A stretch of DNA of 64,000 nucleotides from a virus. Position numbers and translations under genes: made by a program. Below are positions 7,849 through 15,425 of the stretch, in pieces. The notes under the pieces were generated by a model. It saw nothing but the letters and a program-made list of their open reading frames with translations, was not told where the DNA came from and ran no database searches. The stretch lies in the IMG/VR virus record IMGVR_UViG_3300027759_003534, positions 64,001 through 128,000 of that record, one strand, 5' to 3'. Position 1 is the first letter of the stretch, and the number at the start of each line of letters is the position of its first letter.

Positions 7849-9678
7849 TTAAATTGATGGAATTGGGGGGGCGCCTGCTGGGGCAGCAGTTCCAGGAGCG
7901 GTGGTTGGGGCACCGGGCATGCCACCTTCGGGTGCTTCGGCTCCTGCTTCGCCGCCGGCTAGTTCTTCTCCGGTGGCAATGTCACTTTCCAATCCGGCGG
8001 GTGTAATACCGATTGAGCGTAGATCTTGCCCTTGTGTGGTGGTTAATTCTGGTTCGTCGCGCTCTTCAGCCCAAAGTGTTTCGTTTTCCACAATCTCTTC
8101 TTCGGTCAAGCCCAGGTAGCGTTTCATCATAAATCGCTTGCTCATGTAGGGCATTTGCTCCAGCTGTGTAAATGATGCAATACGGCTGGTATCCAGCTCG
8201 CTTTGACGATAGCTGGCAAAATTTTGTGGCTCGCACAGGCTGACTGAGAACAGTCCTGCGTCAATATTAAAGCCTCTCCAGCGCAGGAACATCTTGAATT
8301 CATCATCTAATTTTTGCATGATTAGCCGTTGTAGGCGCATGCAATACTGGTTAAAGCGGTATTCTTGGATTAGTGCTGTGCCTACTTTGCCGTCATTCAT
8401 GGCACGGTCTGAATCGTCTGGACCTGTGGGCAAATAACTGCTTGGAACACGCAGACCGCGGGCCATTTTGTTGTTGAAGTATTTTAAATCGTCAATTTCG
8501 CCTAGGTTTGAGCCGCCCGGTAGGGTAGTAACATCTGACCCACGACCTTCAGCGGTAACTGGAAAAAAGAAGTCTTCGTTGATGCTGAGTGGGTTATAAC
8601 TAGCATCCATCATGTTGGCGCCACCACCGGTATTAGTAGGAATACGCCGCTGATGCATTTCGTTTTTGACACGTTCTACAAACTGCATGGCCATATGACT
8701 GGGCATGTTGCCCACGTCAATTTTGAATATTCTGCGCTCTGGAGCACGTTGTACACGATAGATCAGCACTGAATCTTCTAACAATTCTTTTTGTTTGTAA
8801 ACTTTAAATATATTTTCTAGGATACTTTGTCCAAATGGCCAGAAAAAATCAAGCCCTTCGTTCAGTCCAATATGCACTACGTGACGTGCATCAATACAGG
8901 TTTCATTCATGGCCTGCGTAAATCTGCTGTTGCCAACCCCACCGTTGCCGGTGCCGCCACCTGCACCACCACCGCCTGGTGAAGTATAGTTGTTGGTAGT
9001 GCTACCACCGCCCATGGCACGGCTTACATAATAGTCTGATGTGGTTTTTTGAGCTACACTCATGTTTTGGAAGTTGGGATTGATGTCACGAATAATGTAC
9101 TGCTCAGGACGTTTGCCTTCGCTTTCGTTTACAATAACACGGGCCACTTTGACCATGTCTACCCACATCATTTCAAAGGTTTCTGGGTCACGCACAAACA
9201 CCTGATCACCGTACTTGATGGTGTTGCGGAACAGTTTAAAAATTCGTTGATCCAGCTTGTTTAATTTGGTCCACTGCTGTAGTTGCTTTTTGATAATTTC
9301 CACTTCGTGATCTGTGGGCTTGTCTGTAAAATTGATATCAAACGGTGTTTTGTTGTCGTCGTTGATCTGTGTTGAAAACTCAGCAATGATGTCTAAACAG
9401 GCATTAACTTCACTGTCCATGTCCATGTTTTCGTATTGATTATAGCGTTCAATACGGTTGGGATGTCCAGAATATACTTCGGGTAATCTGCTGGCATAGT
9501 TGCGGAAGGCAAAGTCATTGGGTGTGCCACCGGCGCCGTATCCGTCGCCTGTTTGTCTAGGATAGCCGTCAAGTCCAAATTGATTTTGCCCTGATATTGG
9601 ACTGAGTTGGCCACCAGCACTGGCCACTTTGAAATACTTTTTCCAACCGCGTTTACGGTTATTATCGTTATCTGCCAT
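7849..9678 (-). CDS. gp20: Portal protein, T4 gp20-like (609 aa)
   Basis: YENMDMDSEVNACLDIIAE, KQKELLEDSVLIYRVQRAPERRIFKIDVGNMP, EDFFFP, RGSDVTTLPGGSNLGEIDDLKYFNNKMARGLRVPSS. Confidence 0.96.
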   Translation of the reverse strand: MADNDNNRKRGWKKYFKVASAGGQLSPISGQNQFGLDGYPRQTGDGYGAGGTPNDFAFRNYASRLPEVYSGHPNRIERYNQYENMDMDSEVNACLDIIAEFSTQINDDNKTPFDINFTDKPTDHEVEIIKKQLQQWTKLNKLDQRIFKLFRNTIKYGDQVFVRDPETFEMMWVDMVKVARVIVNESEGKRPEQYIIRDINPNFQNMSVAQKTTSDYYVSRAMGGGSTTNNYTSPGGGGAGGGTGNGGVGNSRFTQAMNETCIDARHVVHIGLNEGLDFFWPFGQSILENIFKVYKQKELLEDSVLIYRVQRAPERRIFKIDVGNMPSHMAMQFVERVKNEMHQRRIPTNTGGGANMMDASYNPLSINEDFFFPVTAEGRGSDVTTLPGGSNLGEIDDLKYFNNKMARGLRVPSSYLPTGPDDSDRAMNDGKVGTALIQEYRFNQYCMRLQRLIMQKLDDEFKMFLRWRGFNIDAGLFSVSLCEPQNFASYRQSELDTSRIASFTQLEQMPYMSKRFMMKRYLGLTEEEIVENETLWAEERDEPELTTTQGQDLRSIGITPAGLESDIATGEELAGGEAGAEAPEGGMPGAPTTAPGTAAPAGAPPIPSI

Positions 9679-9685
9679 AGTGTTA

Positions 9686-9691
9686 TATTTA
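9686..9691 (-). promoter_or_regulatory. Late promoter TAAATA, near-leaderless
   Basis: TAAATA-TAACACT-ATG(9678), no SD. Confidence 0.65.
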
Positions 9692-9698
9692 TCGTGAC

Positions 9699-11918
9699 CT
9701 AGCTGGCGTACTGCATTATTTTTGTACTGACGTCTAATTGATTTTTCATTACCGAAACCATTTCCTCTAGTTTTTCTAGTTGGGCGGCCATAAGACCTGT
9801 GCTCTCGCCACTGCCCAAGCCCATGCTTTGGGCTGCTGGACTGTTTAGCGGAACAATTGCTTCGGTACCGTGCATGGTTAAATTGGGACGATATCCGCCT
9901 GTTGGTCCACTTAATATAGCACCATTGGCTGCAGATACTTCTGCGTGAATATGTCCACCAGTACCGCCAGGACTTAGAGTAGCATATTCATCCTGAGCAT
10001 ATGATGCACCCATTTGCTGTAACATGCTAACAATACTAGCACCTTCTTCTCTAGATGGAGTTTTTCCTAAAGCAAAATCTAATGCCAGTCCCTTAACATG
10101 GTTACTTCCACCTTTTTTATCTTGATGGTATTGATCATTGAAACCAGAAAAATATGCAAACCCTGGAACACTTGCTTGAATTTGTTGGGCTAACTCAATT
10201 AGGTTTGTGCTAATCCCGCTGTCTCCGGCTTGAACATCACCTTTTTTAATTTTAAGGCCCATGCTTGCTAAATCGGCCTGGGTAGTTGGTACTACGGGTG
10301 CGGTTGCGCCGCCAGCTCCGCTAGCACCACGTTTAGGTGGTACTACACCAGGTCGACCTTGTTTTTCTAAATATTCCGATTCGTTATCAACCCGTTGTCC
10401 TTGTAGGAAATTTTTACCAGTGGTACTTACTACCCCCACTGCTTTTTCTAAACCGCGGGCAAGACTACTTTGGAATTTTTCCCCTGTGGTCATTTGTTTC
10501 CAGTTAGCTGCGTCTTGCTCTTCGGTATCTACATCTTGGCGGCCCATTTCTTTGTTAACCCATTTGATCATGTCTAACATAGTGTCAGTCATTTTTTTGG
10601 TAGCATAAGCGGCCTGTGGCATCAGTTTGATTGCCATCTTGCTAAATTCAATATTCATTTTTTCAAGATTTTGCTGGGCCTCAACCGTGGCCTTTGTTAG
10701 ATCGTCTGTTTTCTTAACTTGTGTAGCTTGTGTTGTTGCAGCTTTTTCGTAGGCACCTTCATTTTTGGCATTGATTGCATCCATCACACCGGCGGCTTTT
10801 AAATACACACCCGGAGCATCGCCTACTTGTCCTGCTGTTTCTAACTGTGCTTTACTATGGCGCTCCATAGCACCAACCAATTCATTCTGTGCTTGATCTT
10901 GATCAATCATGCCAGCTTTAAGTCGTGCCATAATGTCGCTTGCAGCACCACCAGTACTGCCCAGCAGTTTAATCGATGCATCTGTATCAGCTACGCCTGA
11001 TGATAGATCTCTGACTCCCTGTCCCATTTCTGCGTCAAACGACGACATGCGAGTTTGCAAGGTCATCATTGCTTTGGCGCCGCGAATTCGATCTTCGTCG
11101 CCACTTCGCATTGCTAATTCATAGTTGGCGCGGAATTTGCTTTCGCTTAAGGCAGCATCTTGTTGTTTTTGAATTGCGTCTCTGCTGAGACCGGTTACTT
11201 TGCTCAACAAGTCTAATTCCATTGCATACTGTTTAGATCCAGCAGTTAGCTGGTCTGTAGACATAGACTGTGCTTTGCCTAGTCTTGTTTGTTGTGTTAC
11301 AAAAGCAGCAGTTGTGGAAGAAATATCTTCGGCACTCATGCCTATCTTACGTAAGTCAGTATCTTGTTTTTGTGTTAGATTGCCAACTATTTGGCTGAAC
11401 TCTTCTGCGCCGTCGCCGGCTGTGCCGCTAAAACGTGCTAATGCTACAGAGTTTTGAGTAACAACTTTTTGAAATTGTTGTAAATTTAAACCAGCGGTAG
11501 TAAACTGACGAGATAAGCCTGTCATGCCGTCGGCAACAAGAGCTCCTGTTGCTGACATGGCGTTGAATGTTTTGGCTGTTGCGTCCAGTTGGTTAACTAC
11601 TAGTTTAGCGCCTTCAGCAACTGCCTTGGTTGCTGCTGACAGGGCTTCGCCAAATACCGGAACTGTTTTTGCCAAACCGCTAACAGCATTTGCAGCTACG
11701 TCAACTACTGTGTTCATGCTGCTAAGGCTAGTGTTTCCCTTAGTAATTTCGTTAACAAACCCACCCATGCCTTTGGCTATGTCAAGCGGTAGTCCTTTAG
11801 CTGTTTTCTTAAATGCATCAAGCCCTACAGTAGCATCTTTAGTAGCCGCAGTGATTCCTTGCATTGCATTGCGGTAGTCTTCTGCCATCTGCTGTAGTTC
11901 TTGATTTTCTAAAGCCAT
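9699..11918 (-). CDS. Tape-measure-like protein with a C-terminal peptidase M15-type (Hedgehog/DD-peptidase) domain
   Basis: Ala/Gln-rich helical body; SNHVKGLALD...GHIHAE matches the SxHxxGxAxD/HxH Zn motif; terminal AANGAILSGP...HGTEAIVPL. Confidence 0.75.
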   Translation of the reverse strand: MALENQELQQMAEDYRNAMQGITAATKDATVGLDAFKKTAKGLPLDIAKGMGGFVNEITKGNTSLSSMNTVVDVAANAVSGLAKTVPVFGEALSAATKAVAEGAKLVVNQLDATAKTFNAMSATGALVADGMTGLSRQFTTAGLNLQQFQKVVTQNSVALARFSGTAGDGAEEFSQIVGNLTQKQDTDLRKIGMSAEDISSTTAAFVTQQTRLGKAQSMSTDQLTAGSKQYAMELDLLSKVTGLSRDAIQKQQDAALSESKFRANYELAMRSGDEDRIRGAKAMMTLQTRMSSFDAEMGQGVRDLSSGVADTDASIKLLGSTGGAASDIMARLKAGMIDQDQAQNELVGAMERHSKAQLETAGQVGDAPGVYLKAAGVMDAINAKNEGAYEKAATTQATQVKKTDDLTKATVEAQQNLEKMNIEFSKMAIKLMPQAAYATKKMTDTMLDMIKWVNKEMGRQDVDTEEQDAANWKQMTTGEKFQSSLARGLEKAVGVVSTTGKNFLQGQRVDNESEYLEKQGRPGVVPPKRGASGAGGATAPVVPTTQADLASMGLKIKKGDVQAGDSGISTNLIELAQQIQASVPGFAYFSGFNDQYHQDKKGGSNHVKGLALDFALGKTPSREEGASIVSMLQQMGASYAQDEYATLSPGGTGGHIHAEVSAANGAILSGPTGGYRPNLTMHGTEAIVPLNSPAAQSMGLGSGESTGLMAAQLEKLEEMVSVMKNQLDVSTKIMQYAS

Positions 11919-11932
11919 ACGTTTTTATCCAA

Positions 11933-11950
11933 TAAGTAATGTTATATTTA
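11933..11950. promoter_or_regulatory. Divergent late promoters: TAAGTA (+, 11933-11938) and TAAATA (-, 11945-11950)
   Basis: Both lie in the 44-nt gap between the divergent tape-measure and gp26-like genes. Confidence 0.55.
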
Positions 11951-11962
11951 TGGTGGACAAAA

Positions 11963-12805
11963 ATGACCCAAACTAACAACCCTTTACGTCGATATTTTCG
12001 ACAACCAGTGATTCATGTGCGTTTGCCCAGTGGCGGAAAATACTACCCCGCAGGCGCACTGGAACTGCCTCCCAACGGCGAAATACCAATTTTGCCAATG
12101 ACTGCTATTGACGAAATTACTAGTAGAACACCCGATGCATTGTTTAACGGGTCAGCTGTTATAGATATCATTGGAAGTTGTGTGCCGGCCGTTCGAGATC
12201 CGTGGCAAATGCCCATGGTTGACTTTAATACCTTGCTGGTGTCTGTACGATTGGCCAGCTACGGGCACGAAATGGAAATCGGTAGTACCTGCCCAAAATG
12301 CGGCCATATTCATGCACTAACTATAGACTTGCGAACTGTGCTTGATAATCTTGGCAGTCCCAATTACGACGAGTCTGTTAGCGCTGGCGATTTGACAGTG
12401 TACTTTACACCGTTAACCTATCGTCAGGTCAATGCCGTTAGCAGGACCAACTTTGAAGATCAAAAACTTGTACAGGCTGTGAATAGTGCTGAATTATCTG
12501 AAGAAGAAAAGTTGATAAAATTGGGCGACGCTTTTAGAAAAATAACCGAACTTACTATTCAATCAATAGCCGAGTCAATTGCAGTAATTAAAACCGCAGA
12601 TGCTATGGTCACCGATAAACCTAGCATATTAGAGTTTTTGCAAAATTGCCCAAAGCATGTATTTGATCAAATACGCGATCATACTGTTAAACTTCGAGAA
12701 GCAACTGATCTAACTCCAGTTAGTGTGACCTGTGAGGAATGTTCCGAACCATACAAACAGTCGTTTACACTAGATATGTCTAATTTTTTCGGGAACGCCT
12801 CCTAG
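11963..12805 (+). CDS. gp26: Baseplate hub/tail assembly chaperone, T4 gp26-like (280 aa; start revised to 11963)
   Basis: NPLRRYFRQP...LPSGGKYYP, MTAIDEIT...PDALFNG, CPKCGH and CEEC Zn knuckles; ends DMSNFFG as gp26 homologues do. Confidence 0.75.
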   Translation: MTQTNNPLRRYFRQPVIHVRLPSGGKYYPAGALELPPNGEIPILPMTAIDEITSRTPDALFNGSAVIDIIGSCVPAVRDPWQMPMVDFNTLLVSVRLASYGHEMEIGSTCPKCGHIHALTIDLRTVLDNLGSPNYDESVSAGDLTVYFTPLTYRQVNAVSRTNFEDQKLVQAVNSAELSEEEKLIKLGDAFRKITELTIQSIAESIAVIKTADAMVTDKPSILEFLQNCPKHVFDQIRDHTVKLREATDLTPVSVTCEECSEPYKQSFTLDMSNFFGNAS

Positions 12806-13020
12806 TACTAGACTCTGATAGCATCTCCAACATGGTTGATGCTATGGAAAAAGAAACACGCGACATTCGGCTTGATGTTTTAAAATTGTGTTGGTATATG
12901 AGAGGCGGTGTAACATATGAAGAAGCCATGCAGATGAGTCAGCAAGAGCGTGGCATTATCAACGATATTGTCAAAGACAATTACGAAACAACTAAGAAAT
13001 CCGGAATGCCGCACTTTTAA
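12784..13020 (+). CDS. gp51-like extension, probably translated by a -1 frameshift from the gp26-like gene
   Basis: T-TTT-TTC at 12784-12790. The -1 frame is open from there (FFRERLLVLDSDSISN) into the track ORF 12832..13020 (KLCWYMRGGVTYEEAMQMSQQER). No SD before ATG 12832. Confidence 0.7.
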   Translation, partial: FFRERLLVLDSDSISNMVDAMEKETRDIRLDVLKLCWYMRGGVTYEEAMQMSQQERGIINDIVKDNYETTKKSGMPHF

Positions 13021-13529
13021 TGTTAAAATTAGACACAGTACAATACGAAATAGAACGCTGGATAGAAACGTTTGTAGAGGTTCCGCACCCAGCCCTAGGA
13101 GGCTGGGCTCCGTGTCCGTATGCTAGAAAAGCCAGACTAGACAGAGACTTCGAGGTTAGACTAGGGTTAGCACCCCTGCACGACTTGATTAAAATTAGTA
13201 AAAACGGATTGGGCGGCAAGAGTGTTGTTGTCATTGTCTACGATCCTAAACATTTTACATATGAGTCTTTTAGTAAGGATTTAGAAACTGCCAATAAAGA
13301 ATTTTTATTACCAAATAATTTATTGGTTTTAGAGGATCACCCGGGTGATCCAGAAATTGTCAACGGTGTTAGTATGAATCAAGGAACCTACGCACTAGCA
13401 TTAGTGCAGAGTCTCAGCGACTTAAATGAAAAAGCCCAACTTGTTGCCAAGAAGGGCTTTTATGACACATGGCCAGAAGAGTACTTAACCGCCTTGTTTA
13501 GACATCGTAAAGATCCGCGACAGATTTAA
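13020..13529 (+). CDS. DUF1415-like protein
   Basis: RWIETFVE...PCPYARKA and LEDHP motifs. Confidence 0.55.
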   Translation: MLKLDTVQYEIERWIETFVEVPHPALGGWAPCPYARKARLDRDFEVRLGLAPLHDLIKISKNGLGGKSVVVIVYDPKHFTYESFSKDLETANKEFLLPNNLLVLEDHPGDPEIVNGVSMNQGTYALALVQSLSDLNEKAQLVAKKGFYDTWPEEYLTALFRHRKDPRQI

Positions 13530-14175
13530 TCTTGCTGTCGCGTCGACATAGTTGGCGATATTGTTCTGCATTAGCTGTCCACTCTACTCCGTCCCACCAC
13601 TCAAATCCTTGTATGTCGGCCTTGTACAAACTGCTGCGCTCGTATCCGGGTCCTAGATAAACAAATTCATACCCGGCTTGTTTAGCCCAGGCAATTTCGT
13701 GTTCTAAACTGCAACTGCCCAATCTGCTAGAAGGTACGCTATAGTCCCATACAAACAATGCTGTTTCGATTGACCTCGGCGTGTAGTGTCTGAGTTTGGC
13801 CCAAGCTACCATTTCGTTGCTATCGTTGTAGTAGGCCATAAACTGATCAAACGGCAAGTGCTCGCCTACTTCAAAATATTTTTTAAACTTTTTGTAGTAG
13901 CAATAGGCAGTATAGATATGATCCATTTCTGCCACGGGCAGGGGTTTGCTCATTATATGTGCTGATTGGATTAATGCATAGTTGGTGTCGGTAGTACGCA
14001 CACGACAGCTACGGCTTTGATACCAGTGTGCCTGGCCTCGATCTACTGTGAGTAGGAATCCCATGGCCAGTGCTGTATCGTATTCCTCTGGAGAAACATC
14101 AACTAGACTGCACCCAAAGTGAAAACATTCGCCTTGTTCCTGGTGACCAAAATTATGACTGAACTGAATTTTCAT
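13498..14175 (-). CDS. ATE1/Bpt-like aminoacyl-tRNA--protein transferase (GNAT fold, 225 aa; start revised to 14175)
   Basis: YDTALAMGF...WYQSRSCRVR, and C-terminal LGSCSLEHEIAWAKQAGYEFVYLGPGY...YKADIQGFEWWDG, matching the ATE_C pattern LG..S.L.EI..A...G..Y.YLG....YK. Confidence 0.7.
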   Translation of the reverse strand: MKIQFSHNFGHQEQGECFHFGCSLVDVSPEEYDTALAMGFLLTVDRGQAHWYQSRSCRVRTTDTNYALIQSAHIMSKPLPVAEMDHIYTAYCYYKKFKKYFEVGEHLPFDQFMAYYNDSNEMVAWAKLRHYTPRSIETALFVWDYSVPSSRLGSCSLEHEIAWAKQAGYEFVYLGPGYERSSLYKADIQGFEWWDGVEWTANAEQYRQLCRRDSKIKSVADLYDV

Positions 14176-14213
14176 ATAATTATGTATGTACTTTACCACT
14201 CAAGGAAAAAATA

Positions 14214-14549
14214 ATGGCAGACTTATACACAATATGGGCAAACAAAGAAGGCGACATTAGCGACATTGATTTTGTAAACAACATGAAGGGTTTTTTGCAA
14301 CATCTTGTAGACGAAGATAAAATGATATCATTTAGAATTACTCGATGCAAGATGGGTTTTCGCAGTGTAGCAGACATGCCCGAATGGTTTATTATTATGG
14401 AATTTAAGGATATGGCACAGATTGATGAAGCATTCCATCGTGTTGCTCCACTAAAGGGCGAACTCGAAGACAAACATCGTAGCTTTAATCAATTTGTTGC
14501 AGGAGACATTCAACATGCACTTTGGCGAGATTATCCTGATACATTCTAA
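14214..14549 (+). CDS. DUF6614-like small alpha/beta-barrel protein (111 aa)
   Basis: DLYTIWAN...DIDFVNNMKGFLQHL...FRITRCKMGF...EWFIIMEFKDMAQIDEAF; SD AAGGA. Confidence 0.55.
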   Translation: MADLYTIWANKEGDISDIDFVNNMKGFLQHLVDEDKMISFRITRCKMGFRSVADMPEWFIIMEFKDMAQIDEAFHRVAPLKGELEDKHRSFNQFVAGDIQHALWRDYPDTF

Positions 14550-14557
14550 GTGGTACT

Positions 14558-14579
14558 AAAAGATTAGCTACGCTAATCT
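14558..14579 (-). terminator. Intrinsic terminator closing the GIY-YIG/ncRNA transcript (possibly bidirectional)
   Basis: AGATTAGC-GTA-GCTAATCT-TTT. Confidence 0.7.
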
Positions 14580-14978
14580 GTGTCTTTCGCTTTAGCTCAG
14601 ACACATTGTTTCTTCTTACGCATTATCCAGATTATGTGGTCACAATTCACCGTATGCACGGTGAATTGACTCTTTTCACATTATCCGAGTGACAGCAGTC
14701 ATTTATTATAAAGAGATTGTATGTACCACCATACACGGAGGCGGTTGACCGGTACCCCCTACTCTAGCTTCACAAATCAACGGAACCCTAGTGACCCGAT
14801 AACAAATCCAAGTCCTACGAGCATGAGTTGTATCTTTTTCTACAGAGCTCAAACCATTTGTTGCCTTAAGTTAGCAATTGCCTTTCGCACACAAGATTAT
14901 CCGGACCGGGTATCTCACCGTTCCTCCTTGCAAGTCTAGCATCCTAGACCAAACATAGCGGATTGTTGCCTATCTGGT
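14558..14978 (-). ncRNA. Candidate large structured non-coding RNA (~420 nt) of unknown family
   Basis: Non-coding gap between convergent genes, almost entirely tiled by helices. Several stems need G-U pairs that exist only on the minus strand. It ends in a terminator hairpin. Confidence 0.7.
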
Positions 14979-15407
14979 TTAAATTTTGTTTTTTATGTGA
15001 CTACCGTGTATTCGGCACACTATCTGCCCATTGTAGTAGTCGTCTGACTCTAATACTCTATGATTGAATTGTTCTCTAGCTTCTATGTAACTACACGCGG
15101 CCTTTGATGTACAATAAAATAATATTTCTCTTGTGAAGTGGTCAGCGCCCAGCGCCTCAATGTCTTTGTTGAGTTGATCGTTGCTGCCATAATACAGTTG
15201 CCAGTCAGAATCTATTTTGCTTTTAATTCGTTTACGTTTCTTGTTGCCGTTCTTTAATTTTACTACTTTGTATGTGGTTTTACTAAATTTTGCTAATTTC
15301 TTTCCAATATATTTTCTACCAGATACGTTATTTGTGATCAAATAAACAAAGCCGACACAATCTTCGGGTAACGTTTCAATTTGAGAGTTTTCGTACAACC
15401 ATACCAT
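14979..15407 (-). CDS. Minimal GIY-YIG endonuclease (T4 EndoII/DenA-like size, 142 aa)
   Basis: GFVYLITNNVSGRKYIGKK, YYGS, FTREIL, IEAREQ, YYN; basic insert KLKNGNKKRKRIKSK; no C-terminal DNA-binding domain. TAACTA at 15415-15420 lies 7 nt upstream. Confidence 0.9.
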   Translation of the reverse strand: MVWLYENSQIETLPEDCVGFVYLITNNVSGRKYIGKKLAKFSKTTYKVVKLKNGNKKRKRIKSKIDSDWQLYYGSNDQLNKDIEALGADHFTREILFYCTSKAACSYIEAREQFNHRVLESDDYYNGQIVCRIHGSHIKNKI

Positions 15408-15425
15408 GGACTAATAGTTATCATT

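Noticed and set aside
14551-14554. ACCA just after the terminator as a tRNA-like 3' end feeding the neighbouring ATE1-like enzyme
   Set aside because: No acceptor stem or T-loop precedes it, and it lies beyond the U-tract. Probably chance.
14721-14939. 72-aa plus-strand ORF inside the structured region
   Set aside because: No SD or promoter, no protein-like features, and the G-U pattern favours a minus-strand RNA.
14558-14978. Identifying the structured region as RNase P RNA, tmRNA or a group I/II intron
   Set aside because: There are fragmentary echoes (GGAGGAAC versus GAGGAAAGUCC; AUAAAUGACUG versus RNase P CR-IV). However, I found no P4 or P2 complementarity, no tRNA-like ends or tag ORF, and no intron core or domain V, and it does not interrupt a gene. 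Left as unknown family pending cmscan.
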